From the sequence record AP029160.1: a stretch of DNA of 64,000 bases; one strand, 5' to 3'. Source of the stretch: a plasmid. How positions within the stretch are numbered: the first letter of the stretch is position 1; each line of letters starts with the position of its first letter. The notes under the pieces were generated by a model that had not been told where the DNA came from, searched no databases, and saw nothing but the letters and a program-made list of their open reading frames with translations. The position numbers and the translations under genes are program-made. Of the stretch, positions 50,541 to 61,552 are shown piece by piece.

Positions 50541-52462
50541 GTGCGCGAGGTGAGTAGAGAATCCCCGTTACCAGTGATTCCCCCTCCGCAGAACCCATCG
50601 TGCAGATTTCCCGCAATGGGCTCCCGATATAGAGCAGACCTCTCATTTCAGTGATGGGAGTAGTGATGTAGTTTTCCAAGAAGAGGGAAAACCAATTCGC
50701 TCAAGAAAGCTAATTAATTTCACCCAAGTCATTCCTTTTTGTGAACCTCGAAGTTTAAACCATTTGTATATAATCCGTTTACTGAAATAAATAAATCCAC
50801 TCACCCTACGATGATTGTCAGTCACTGCATGGTAGTTGATCCATCCACGAATAACTGAGATTATTCGCCCGAAAACTGCTGTTATATCTTTTGTATTACT
50901 ATTTTCTAAGAGATATTTTCTTAGCCCTTTGAGCTTAGCACTAAAACGATCTTTCCTACTAGTAAAATTAATTCGCCAATAGTTCTTCGTTGCAGCCTTA
51001 GCCCAGTAGCATGTAAATCCTAGAAAATTAAAAGATGGCAGTTTTCTTCCTTTGGTTCGTGCCCTTTGTGCAAGAACATTCCCGGCCGGAATTATTTGTG
51101 ATTTATCCAGATGAATTCTCAATCCAAATTTGCTCAAACGTTTAGGTAACACCTCGAAAAATCTTTTCGCTTCCAGCATACTCTGGAAAGTAAACACCAT
51201 ATCATCTGCATATCTCACCATTTCACATCGACCTTTTAAGTGTGTTTGTGATATTTCTTGAAACCATTTATCAATCACATGATGAAGATAAATATTTGCG
51301 AGAATTGGTGACACAATTGAACCTTGTGGGCAGCCAATTGTGTTTTCATTAACATTGCCATCTTTCATTATTGGCGCCCTTGCAAGTGTCATAATCAATT
51401 TAATGAATTTATTATCCGAAATTTTCATACGTAGAAAAGTTTCAAGATTTTCGTGAGGAATTTCGTTGAAATATTTACGTATATCCAATTCAACAATAGC
51501 TCCATGTTGATTGTAGAAAGTTTGCCTCGCCAATTCTTTAAGTGCCATGTGGCAATTTCGGTTTTCTCGAAAACCGAATGAAGTATTCAAGAATAATGGA
51601 TCGTAGATTTGAGTTAACAGTTTGCTAACAGCCATTTGGACAATTTTGTCTTTAAGACATGCTATTGCTAACGGTCTAGTGCTTCCATCTTCTTTGGGTA
51701 TTTCAGTTATTCTTGATGGTTTTGGAGCGTATTTTCCATTTCTGATTTTAGAAAGTAGATTTCTAAGGTTTGCTTGAAGATTGACTCTGTATTTCTCCTT
51801 TGTTACGCAATCAATCCCAACGGCTTTGCTTCCGTCGAGTTTGTTAAACATCTCCCACAGCATTTCAATATTTATAATGTATCCAAGATTATTGAATACG
51901 ATATCCTTATTGGAAGCTGATAACTCACCTATGCGTTTGAGTTTCGTTAACCATGTTTGTTCGCCTATGCTGTGTACGACCATTGTTTCCCTCATTCGCT
52001 CCCTATATCTGCCAGCCCTTCGCTCCATGCTCATTACGCAATTCATCACTACTACGGCCGACTCCGCCATCCATAAATTCATCCCACAAGACTTATGTTC
52101 GCAACACTTGAACTTGTAGTACCTATGAAACATAGGAAATAAATGGACTTCCCAAGTTCCGAGCATATCTCTTCCAACTCGCCAACGTCTCTAACTCCGG
52201 TGTTTGAAGCAGTTTGGATTTGTCAGAATAACCTCCCCACTTCTGTTGTCTGCAATGTCCGGTGACACCCCGACTCACACATCTACACGCTATCGGAACC
52301 AACTAACGTTCACCTTTCGGTTTTGGCTCTCTGGATTCGCTGTCTACGCTTAAACCTTGTTGTTGCCTTCAAGACTCCAAGACTCGCTACATAATGGAAC
52401 TGACTTCTCCTTTTATGACAGGACTTTCACCTGCAAGATATGCGCAGTTTTGCTTGGCGCAC
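50541..52462 (-). mobile_element. Group II intron, copy 1 (full length, ~1.9 kb)
   Basis: 5' GTGCGCC at 52462 (- strand). Domain V GAGCCCATTGCGGGAAATCTGCACGATGGGTTC at ~50570..50603 (- strand), then domain VI ending ...CGCGCAC at 50541. The intron-encoded protein lies inside. Confidence 0.75.
50643..51983 (-). CDS. Group II intron-encoded reverse transcriptase/maturase
   Basis: RT motifs including YADD. The ORF-track start at 52166 is upstream read-through of intron domains; the likely start is MVVHSIGEQ at ~51983. Confidence 0.85.
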   Translation of the reverse strand: MVVHSIGEQTWLTKLKRIGELSASNKDIVFNNLGYIINIEMLWEMFNKLDGSKAVGIDCVTKEKYRVNLQANLRNLLSKIRNGKYAPKPSRITEIPKEDGSTRPLAIACLKDKIVQMAVSKLLTQIYDPLFLNTSFGFRENRNCHMALKELARQTFYNQHGAIVELDIRKYFNEIPHENLETFLRMKISDNKFIKLIMTLARAPIMKDGNVNENTIGCPQGSIVSPILANIYLHHVIDKWFQEISQTHLKGRCEMVRYADDMVFTFQSMLEAKRFFEVLPKRLSKFGLRIHLDKSQIIPAGNVLAQRARTKGRKLPSFNFLGFTCYWAKAATKNYWRINFTSRKDRFSAKLKGLRKYLLENSNTKDITAVFGRIISVIRGWINYHAVTDNHRRVSGFIYFSKRIIYKWFKLRGSQKGMTWVKLISFLERIGFPSSWKTTSLLPSLK

Positions 52463-52749
52463 CCCGGATTCGTGTAAAAAACGCACTAGCCCAATATTAA
52501 AGCATTTCAATTTATTAATAGAAAATTTTAGTTCCCAGCTATGCTATCCCCAAATGTAACCGAATCATTCTCAGAGTCCTCAAGACAGGGATAAGACAAT
52601 TTCTCAAGAGCAAAGAATCAAAATAACCCAAGGTGTCAAAATTTCTTTTAATCCTAATATATAATATTTAAAAAAATTTTTCCATTCTAGAATAATTATA
52701 TATTTTTGTAGTTATTCCTTATCTCATCACTTATTCTAAGGAAAGTTTT

Positions 52750-52989
52750 ATGACTGATGTGCTTCCAGGAAAAGATTGTGATGGTACAGAAATTATAAGT
52801 GGTGATAAATTAATTGTTTTAGAAGATGTATATCAATCAGTAGAAAAAAAAGAGGATAATATAGTAGCTGCAAAAGATGATGTATTAGAATTTAGGAATG
52901 TTTTTCACAGTCCAGATCAATTAGAATGTCTTAATGAAACAAAAAATAAAGAAATTGTTATAAACAAACAACTAGTAAGAAAAATTTAA
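52750..52989 (+). CDS. Small acidic hypothetical protein upstream of the HNH gene
   Basis: 79 aa, 35 bp upstream of 53025. Confidence 0.25.
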   Translation: MTDVLPGKDCDGTEIISGDKLIVLEDVYQSVEKKEDNIVAAKDDVLEFRNVFHSPDQLECLNETKNKEIVINKQLVRKI

Positions 52990-53024
52990 TTTTATTTAAT
53001 TGCATTTATAAATTTGGGAAATCT

Positions 53025-54152
53025 ATGACTAATAAATTTTGTATTTTTTGTGGATTACCTCCATCAAGTAAAAACAAAGAACATATTATTCCTGAATGGC
53101 TTTTAAACCTAACTGGAGTGCCTAATCGTAAAGGGAAATTTGGCATTGATTTTTCTACAGGAAAAGAAAGAGAATTTTCTGTAGACTCGTTTGTATTTCC
53201 TGCATGTCAAAAGTGTAATTCTGAAAAAAGTAACTTAGAATCAAAAGTAAAAAATATTATTCTTGATATATTAGATAGGAAAGAAATAATAGCAGAAAAT
53301 TTTAATTTTTTACTTGATTGGTTTGATAAAGTTAGAGTTGGTGTATGGCTTGGATTTGAACAACTAGACAAGAATAAAATGTTTGTACCAAGTTTTTATA
53401 TTAATCAAAGAATAGCAATGAGCGATAGAGTTTTAGTTATATTTGATTATGATGGGATCGGTAATGGCTATACAATTTCTGGAGTAGATACCATTATTTT
53501 TAAATTCATGCCCTCAGCATTTCTCCTTAAAATAAATAATTTTGTATTTATGTCAGTATCAAATCTATTTATATTATCAAAAAAAGTTGGTTTTCCAATC
53601 CCTAAAAAAATAGATATTACTAATATGAATGAATTCTTAATTAAGCAAATGCTTGCCTCCAAAAATGATAATATTACTCAATGGTTTCATGATGACTTTC
53701 CCTTTCCAGATCTTATTGTAGGTCAAGTTATTTTTGATGCTTCTTTAGCCATAAAAAATACTGCACTTTATGATAAAGATTTTATAAAAAAAATGATAAG
53801 TGAAGAATATTTAATTGAATTTGAAAAAATAATTAATAAATCTACTGATAATATGAATCTAAAATTTAAAACAAAAATATTGCAGATAATAAATGGACAT
53901 TTTAAAGTGAATGATAAAAAAGATCTTATTAAATGGAATAGGACAAGAATTAAAGAAGAATCCATTACTGCAATAGAGTTATTAATTCATCTTTATAAAA
54001 TCCAGTTTGAGCTATATAATGATTCTTCGTATAAATACAATAGTGATCATAAAAAAATAATAAAAGAAATAAATAAAACTTTTCATACGCAGACATATCA
54101 AATTAAAAAGTCAGCAAATGACTTCATACGAAAAAATAAAAAAATTAATTAA
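53025..54152 (+). CDS. HNH-endonuclease-domain protein with an uncharacterised C-terminal domain
   Basis: N-terminal CIFCG...KNKEHIIPEWL...GKFG...CQKCNSEKSN (CxxC, His, Asn, CxxC: the HNH/His-Me finger). About 250 aa of unknown C-terminal sequence. Confidence 0.55.
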   Translation: MTNKFCIFCGLPPSSKNKEHIIPEWLLNLTGVPNRKGKFGIDFSTGKEREFSVDSFVFPACQKCNSEKSNLESKVKNIILDILDRKEIIAENFNFLLDWFDKVRVGVWLGFEQLDKNKMFVPSFYINQRIAMSDRVLVIFDYDGIGNGYTISGVDTIIFKFMPSAFLLKINNFVFMSVSNLFILSKKVGFPIPKKIDITNMNEFLIKQMLASKNDNITQWFHDDFPFPDLIVGQVIFDASLAIKNTALYDKDFIKKMISEEYLIEFEKIINKSTDNMNLKFKTKILQIINGHFKVNDKKDLIKWNRTRIKEESITAIELLIHLYKIQFELYNDSSYKYNSDHKKIIKEINKTFHTQTYQIKKSANDFIRKNKKIN

Positions 54153-54547
54153 GCGGCATTTTTTCTATTTTTGTTAGAAATAAATATTTCATTTGTTATG
54201 TGTCCATTGGAAAACAAGTCAAAAAAGAATAGCCGAAATGTCTGCCATGCCGTAGCCGAAATTCCTTTTTTGCGACGCCATTGAGAAATACTTGCAGGAT
54301 CTACATAAATATACTGCGCAATTTCTGAGTTTGTCATACCTGAAATATCAACAAGGAAATTAAATAGTTCAAAACTAACTGCGCTTGGATCTTGTGTTTC
54401 TTTGACTAATTTTTTTCCAAGTTCCCACTGAGCTCGCAAAAAGTCCTCTCCATCTAAAAGTAACTTTCCTTCTTGTTGAGAAGTAACTTCTACAGGTACT
54501 TCATATTCTTTTTCACCAATTTTAATTTTATAATTAATGGTGTTCAT
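54149..54547 (-). CDS. HTH-containing small protein (possible antitoxin or regulator)
   Basis: 132 aa with GMTNSEIAQYIYVDPASISQWRRKKGIS. Overlaps the upstream gene by 14 nt. Confidence 0.35.
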   Translation of the reverse strand: MNTINYKIKIGEKEYEVPVEVTSQQEGKLLLDGEDFLRAQWELGKKLVKETQDPSAVSFELFNFLVDISGMTNSEIAQYIYVDPASISQWRRKKGISATAWQTFRLFFFDLFSNGHITNEIFISNKNRKNAA

Positions 54548-54926
54548 GCCAACCTCCTACAATAGTCATTTCTTTTCTAGTGACATAATCTCTTGCATCA
54601 TGAAGAGTTTCAAACCACAAATAACCAAAGAGCTTAAACAATCTTCGTTCAATAACAGAACCAACAAGGTATTCGTATTTAACTTTATCTGGTAAAAGAG
54701 AACTCCTCGTATCATCCGTAACAGGAACAAGAAACGCATAAATCATTTCTCCCTGTTCCTTCGCTCGATCCAAAGGCCCAAAAGCAAAAGGCTCTGCAAA
54801 ACGTCTAAGTAAACGTAGTCTTTGCAAGCCAATACCGTAGCGGCGGATACGCTCAGGATCTCCATGATTCTCATGCTCAATGATAAGTGGAAAATTCCAA
54901 ATAAAATGCCCAAATCGTTCCTGCAT
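54534..54926 (-). CDS. Hypothetical protein (possible toxin partner)
   Basis: About 130 aa, probably starting at MQERFGH; no recognisable domain. Confidence 0.3.
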   Translation of the reverse strand: MQERFGHFIWNFPLIIEHENHGDPERIRRYGIGLQRLRLLRRFAEPFAFGPLDRAKEQGEMIYAFLVPVTDDTRSSLLPDKVKYEYLVGSVIERRLFKLFGYLWFETLHDARDYVTRKEMTIVGGWHEHH

Positions 54927-55208
54927 TCCCAATATCCTCCTTGATTTAGTTATTATATATAACTCAGTTATAATATGCAATATTTAATTTATAAATAACT
55001 GAAATACTTATATTGAATAAAAATGTCAATTTGAAGTATACCCTATCTTTACAATTTGAAAGCCTAATTTTCTGTCAATTTAGACTCGAAATTTTAATTT
55101 ATTGACACATTTTAAATGAACTCTATAGCTCTAAGCTGACATTTTTAAGAAAGATATAATCAAAATTGTTTAAAAATATAGCTAGTGCGTTTTTTACACG
55201 AATCCGGG

Positions 55209-56631
55209 GTGCGCCAAGCAAAACTGCGCATATCTTGCAGGTGAAAGTCCTGTCATAAAAGGAGAAGTCAGTTCCATTATGTAGCGAGTCTTGGAGTCTT
55301 GAAGGCAACAACAAGGTTTAAGCGTAGACAGCGAATCCAGAGAGCCAAAACCGAAAGGTGAACGTTAGTTGGTTCCGATAGCGTGTAGATGTGTGAGTCG
55401 GGGTGTCACCGGACATTGCAGACAACAGAAGTGGGGAGGTTATTCTGACAAATCCAAACTGCTTCAAACACCGGAGTTAGAGACGTTGGCGAGTTGGAAG
55501 AGATATGCTCGGAACTTGGGAAGTCCATTTATTTCCTATGTTTCATAGGTACTACAAGTTCAAGTGTTGCGAACATAAGTCTTGTGGGATGAATTTATGG
55601 ATGGCGGAGTCGGCCGTAGTAGTGATGAATTGCGTAATGAGCATGGAGCGAAGGGCTGGCAGATATAGGGAGCGAATGAGGGAAACAATGGTCGTACACA
55701 GCATAGGCGAACAAACATGGTTAACGAAACTCAAACGCATAGGTGAGTTATCAGCTTCCAATAAGGATATCGTATTCAATAATCTTGGATACATTATAAA
55801 TATTGAAATGCTGTGGGAGATGTTTAACAAACTCGACGGAAGCAAAGCCGTTGGGATTGATTGCGTAACAAAGGAGAAATACAGAGTCAATCTTCAAGCA
55901 AACCTTAGAAATCTACTTTCTAAAATCAGAAATGGAAAATACGCTCCAAAACCATCAAGAATAACTGAAATACCCAAAGAAGATGGAAGCACTAGACCGT
56001 TAGCAATAGCATGTCTTAAAGACAAAATTGTCCAAATGGCTGTTAGCAAACTGTTAACTCAAATCTACGATCCATTATTCTTGAATACTTCATTCGGTTT
56101 TCGAGAAAACCGAAATTGCCACATGGCACTTAAAGAATTGGCGAGGCAAACTTTCTACAATCAACATGGAGCTATTGTTGAATTGGATATACGTAAATAT
56201 TTCAACGAAATTCCTCACGAAAATCTTGAAACTTTTCTACGTATGAAAATTTCGGATAATAAATTCATTAAATTGATTATGACACTTGCAAGGGCGCCAA
56301 TAATGAAAGATGGCAATGTTAATGAAAACACAATTGGCTGCCCACAAGGTTCAATTGTGTCACCAATTCTCGCAAATATTTATCTTCATCATGTGATTGA
56401 TAAATGGTTTCAAGAAATATCACAAACACACTTAAAAGGTCGATGTGAAATGGTGAGATATGCAGATGATATGGTGTTTACTTTCCAGAGTATGCTGGAA
56501 GCGAAAAGATTTTTCGAGGTGTTACCTAAACGTTTGAGCAAATTTGGATTGAGAATTCATCTGGATAAATCACAAATAATTCCGGCCGGGAATGTTCTTG
56601 CACAAAGGGCACGAACCAAAGGAAGAAAACT
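55209..56631 (+). mobile_element. Group II intron, copy 2 (5' 1.4 kb only; 3' end removed by IS6 copy J)
   Basis: Identical to copy 1 over the shared length. Shares a 28-nt 5' exon (GCTAGTGCGTTTTTTACACGAATCCGGG) with copy 1. The RT ORF 55505..56659 runs out of the intron into the IS6 inverted repeat. Confidence 0.75.
55688..56631 (+). pseudogene. Intron-encoded RT/maturase, 3'-truncated
   Basis: Identical to 50643..51983 up to ...AQRARTKGRKL, then IS6. Confidence 0.75.
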
Positions 56632-57451
56632 GGTTCTGTTGCAAAAAATATATAAGTGAGAGTAGAGTAACTTTTTTTTGGAGTTGTTTGAGGGGAGTGG
56701 CGATGGATTTCAAGTGGAAGCATACCGATCGTATGATTATCATAATGGCAATCCGTTGGTATGTAAGCTACTCCCTAAGTTACAGGCAAGTAGAAGAACT
56801 CCTAGCAGAGCGTGGTATTTTTGTAGATCACACGACAATTCATCGTTGGATTGTGGAATACGTTCCAAAATTACTTAAGAAGTTTTATAAGCTTAGAAAG
56901 CGTATCTGTGGAAGTTGGCGAATGGATGAGACTTACATCAAAGTAAAAGGTGAATGGTGTTATCTCTATAGAGCCGTGGATAAGCATGGTCAAACGATTG
57001 ATATTTACCTTTCAAAACGAAGAGATACAACAAGTGCCAAACGTTTTTTCCAAAAATGCTTTCGTTCTTCTGGAATCCCAGAAAAGGTAAATATTGATAA
57101 AAGTGGCTCTAATACGGCAGCATTAAAGGCTATCAACAAAGATCTTAAATCTGAAGATAAAGTTCTAATAAGACAAAATAAATATTTAAATAACCTTGTA
57201 GAGCAAGACCATCGATTTATAAAAAAGAAAGTAAAGCCTATGCTTGGTTTCTTCTCATTGAAATCGGCGAGAGCTACTTTAGCAGGTATTGAACTCCATC
57301 ATATGCTCAGAAAAGGGCAATTCAAATTTAAAAGTCATTTGCCTATTTGGGAGCAATTTTGCTCCCTCGCTGGATAATTGCACCTACAGAGGACATTCTT
57401 GAAAAGTAACAACCCAATGTTTCGTGGCTTCTAATTATTTGCAACAGAACC
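56632..57451 (+). mobile_element. IS6-family insertion sequence, copy J, variant 3
   Basis: Transposase ends at 57377. Confidence 0.85.
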
Positions 57452-57548
57452 GAACTGCATGCTATTGGCATCATCAAAGGATTTCAGTGGATTGATGGAA
57501 GTTTTTTAGAAAATATCGAAATGCTGGAAGGTAGACCACCCAATGATA

Positions 57549-58368
57549 GGTTCTGTTGCAAAAAATATATAAGTGAGAGTGGAGTAACTTTTTTTTGGAG
57601 TTGTTTGAGGGGAGTGGCGATGGATTTCAAGTGGAAGCATACTGATCGTATGATTATCATAATGGCAATCCGTTGGTATGTAGGCTACTCCCTAAGTTAT
57701 AGGCAAGTAGAAGAACTTTTAGCAGAGCGTGGTATTTTTGTAGATCACACGACCATTCATCGTTGGATTGTGGAATACAGTCCAAAATTACTTAAGAAGT
57801 TTTATAAGCTTAGAAAGCGTATTTGTGGAAGTTGGCGAATGGATGAGACTTACATCAAAGTAAAAGGTGAATGGTGTTATCTCTATAGAGCCGTGGATAA
57901 GCATGGTCAAACGATTGATATTTATCTATCAAAACGAAGAGATACAACGAATGCCAAACGTTTTTTCCAAAAATGCTTTCGTACTTCTGGAATCCCAGAA
58001 AAGGTAAATATTGATAAAAGTGGCTCTAATACGGCAGCATTAAAGGCTATCAACAAAGATCTTAAATCTGAAGATAAGATCTTAATAAGACAAAATAAAT
58101 ATTTAAATAACCTTGTGGAACAAGACCATCGATTTATAAAAAAGAAAGTGAAGCCTATGCTTGGTTTCTTCTCATTGAAATCGGCGAGAGCTACTTTAGC
58201 AGGTATTGAACTCCATCATATGCTCAGAAAAGGGCAATTCAAATTTAAAAGTCATTTGCCTATTTGGGAGCAATTTTGCTCCCTCGCTGGATAATTGCAC
58301 CTACAGAGGACATTCTTGAAAAGTAACAACCCAATGTTTCGTGGCTTCTAATTATTTGCAACAGAACC
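57549..58368 (+). mobile_element. IS6-family insertion sequence, copy K, variant 2
   Basis: Transposase ends at 58294. A 97-bp unrelated fragment (…ELHAIGIIKGFQWIDGSFLENIEMLEGRPPND) sits between J and K. Confidence 0.85.
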
Positions 58369-59570
58369 CTCCTAATTTCGGACCATCTATTACAGCACAA
58401 TATCCCTTAGAAATATTTATGATAGATCATACAAAAGTGGATGTTATTATTGTGGATGAACAGCAGAGGCTTCCCATTGGCAGACCTTGGCTTACATTAG
58501 CTATTGATGTTTTTAGTCGATGTATTGCCGGTTTTTATTTGAGTTTTGAAAGTCCTTCTGCAGTTTCAGTGGGATTATGTTTAACTCACTCTGTATTTGA
58601 TAAAACAGATTATTTAAATAAATTTAATATTCAACATAGCTGGCCTTTAAAAGGTAAGCCAGAAAAAATCATTGTGGATCAGGGTTCTGAATTTAAAAGT
58701 GAGGCTTTACTTAAGGGGTGTGAGCAACATGGAATATCAATTCAATGGAGAAGAATAGGAGCTCCTCATTTAAATGGAGTAATTGAAAGAGTAATTGGAA
58801 ATTTTATGAAAGAAATTCATGAAATTCCTGGAACAACATTTTCAAATATTACCGAAAGAGGGAACTACGATTCGATTAAAATGGCGGTTTTAACCATGCC
58901 TGAATTAGAAAAATGGCTTACCCATGCGATCGTTGGAAAATATCATCTCGAAATTCATTCCTCATTAATGGAGCCTCCACTAGCTTTGTTTCGGCAAGGA
59001 TTAGAAACAAGAAGCAAAGAAATAAATTTAGTAAAAAATCAAAAAGCATTTTTAATAGATTTTTTACCAATTGAGAAAAGAACTTTACAACGTCATGGTT
59101 TTGTAATTGAGCATATATTTTATTTCTCTAATGCTTTAATTCCCTGGATATCTTCAGGGCACGAAAATGAAAAATTTATTATACGCAGAGATCCAAGAAA
59201 TTTAAGTAGAATTTTTGTTCTTCATCCAAAAGAAACTCAGTATTTAGAAGTACCTTATCGAGATTTATCAAGACCCGTCATTACTTTATGGGAACATCGA
59301 GAAACATTAAAAAGATTAAAGGAACGCGGGCTCAGACATTTTGATGAAGCACTCATTTTTAAAACTCTTTTAGAAATGAAAAATATTGTTAAGAATGCTA
59401 AAAAAGAAACTCAATTAGAACGAAAAAAGAGAGTAAAAAATGAAAACGCAAAAAGAAATACACAAGAAATAGATAATTATAAAAAGTACAATGATAATAA
59501 GCTTAATCACATAGAAGAATTTGATATAAACTCCATTAAACCTTTTGAAGATATTGAGGATTGGTCATGA
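58369..59570 (+). pseudogene. tniA: TniA (Tn5053/Tn402-type DDE transposase), C-terminal ~400 aa; its N-terminal part is at 60803..61327 (-)
   Basis: Begins CTCCTAAT|ttcgga right after IS6 copy K. MIDHTKVDVIIVDE...IVDQGSEFKS...NGVIERVIGNFMKE are the DDE integrase-core signatures. Confidence 0.7.
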
Positions 59571-59982
59571 TAGATGTTAATTTTAATCCTTCTTTTTCAC
59601 TAGAACATCTCATTCCTCAAATTAGAAAAACAGCTTTGTTACCTAATGAAGAACGCATTGCTCATATTCTCGCTGATAGATGGATCGGATATTCAAAAGC
59701 ACAAGAAGCAATATCTAAACTTCAAAAATTAATAGATCATCCTAAACGACAAAGAATGCCAAACCTTCTCATTGTTGGTCCGACAAACAATGGAAAATCC
59801 ATGATTATTGAAAAATTTAAACGTATGCATAAATCCATTTCTAAAGAAAATGTACCAAAAGAAATAATGCCAATTGTTTCTTTACAGATGCCAAGTGATC
59901 CAACAATTGCAAGATTTTATGCAATGCTTCTCTATAATTTAGGCGCGCCAGTTACCATGAAATGTAAAGTAGCAGATTTAGA
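59561..59982 (+). pseudogene. tniB: TniB AAA+ ATPase, N-terminal 140 aa, truncated by IS6 copy L
   Basis: ERIAHILADRWIGYSKAQEAISKLQ...RMPNLLIVGPTNNGKSMIIEKFKRMH (Walker A). Confidence 0.7.
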
Positions 59983-60802
59983 GGTTCTGTTGCAAATAAT
60001 TAGAAGCCACGAAACATTGGGTTGTTACTTTTCAAGAATGTCCTCTGTAGGTGCAATTATCCAGCGAGGGAGCAAAATTGCTCCCAAATAGGCAAATGAC
60101 TTTTAAATTTGAATTGCCCTTTTCTGAGCATATGATGGAGTTCAATACCTGCTAAAGTAGCTCTCGCCGATTTCAATGAGAAGAAACCAAGCATAGGCTT
60201 CACTTTCTTTTTTATAAATCGATGGTCTTGTTCCACAAGGTTATTTAAATATTTATTTTGTCTTATTAAGATCTTATCTTCAGATTTAAGATCTTTGTTG
60301 ATAGCCTTTAATGCTGCCGTATTAGAGCCACTTTTATCAATATTTACCTTTTCTGGGATTCCAGAAGTACGAAAGCATTTTTGGAAAAAACGTTTGGCAT
60401 TCGTTGTATCTCTTCGTTTTGATAGATAAATATCAATCGTTTGACCATGCTTATCCACGGCTCTATAGAGATAACACCATTCACCTTTTACTTTGATGTA
60501 AGTCTCATCCATTCGCCAACTTCCACAAATACGCTTTCTAAGCTTATAAAACTTCTTAAGTAATTTTGGACTGTATTCCACAATCCAACGATGAATGGTC
60601 GTGTGATCTACAAAAATACCACGCTCTGCTAAAAGTTCTTCTACTTGCCTATAACTTAGGGAGTAGCCTACATACCAACGGATTGCCATTATGATAATCA
60701 TACGATCAGTATGCTTCCACTTGAAATCCATCGCCACTCCCCTCAAACAACTCCAAAAAAAAGTTACTCCACTCTCACTTATATATTTTTTGCAACAGAA
60801 CC
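59983..60802 (-). mobile_element. IS6-family insertion sequence, copy L, variant 2
   Basis: Transposase 60057..60746 (-). Confidence 0.85.
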
Positions 60803-61327
60803 ATTAGGAGTAAAACTATGAGCTGCTAGTTTTCCAGATCTTTTTTCTACTACTTCTAAAGATGAGAGTTGGGCAATTCTTCTACGAACTGTATTTTGTC
60901 CAGGAGGAGTTATATTTGCTTCCACACATCTTCTACGTACTTCTTGGATAATTTTTGAAATCTTTCTTTTTTGCTTATCTAAATAAAGCTCTCTTACTAC
61001 CTGATGAATTATTGTTTCTACATTTTCGTTTAATCTTGCTTTTCCTACACCTCCATTGGGTGGTTGTGGTGCCAATGAAGTTAATAATCCGCCAGAAGCT
61101 TTAAAACGTTCCAATAATCTTGATAAAGTGCGTTTCGATATGCCAAGATCTTTTGCTGCGGATTGTCTTTTTTTATCTGTTAATTTTGATATATTTAATA
61201 ACGGTTGAATTACTTTAGCTCTTCTTTGAGCTTCAGCCCAAGCCGAATCAGACAGTCTTACGGGACCAATTTCCAAAGAGGATGTCTTTAAATCGGTCTT
61301 TTCTTTTGTAAGATCCTGTTTTTCCAT
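60803..61327 (-). pseudogene. tniA: TniA N-terminal 175 aa (HTH region)
   Basis: LSDSAWAEAQRRAKVIQPLL...ISKRTLSRLLERFKASGG. Ends ...AAHSFTPN with the nucleotides CTCCTAAT adjoining the IS6 left end. The same 8 bp begin the fragment at 58369. Confidence 0.7.
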
Positions 61328-61490
61328 ATTTATAATCCTGTGCCAGGGAGTATGGAAATTTTAGCATATTAGGACAGGATCTATGGAAAAAACTTTTGAC
61401 ATCCTCTTTGGATAACTTATTGATTTTATTTCTGCCTATATGACATCTTCTTTGGAAAATGACATGCGCTTAAAAAAATACCCAAAGAAG

Positions 61491-61549
61491 GTGCGCGAGG
61501 TGAGTAGAGAATCCCCGTTACCAGTGATTCCCCCTCCGCAGAACCTTTT
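61491..61549 (-). mobile_element. Relic of a third group II intron copy: last 57 nt (domain VI) in minus orientation
   Basis: Identical to 50541..50597. Preceded by a degenerate Tn3 tnpA C-terminus-like sequence (…LENDMRLKKYPKK|G). Confidence 0.5.
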
Positions 61550-61552
61550 AAT

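Noticed and set aside
51984-52166. First 61 aa of the intron ORF (MLGTWEVHLFPMFHRYY...)
   Set aside because: Open frame across intron RNA domains upstream of the real RT start (MVVHSIGEQ...).
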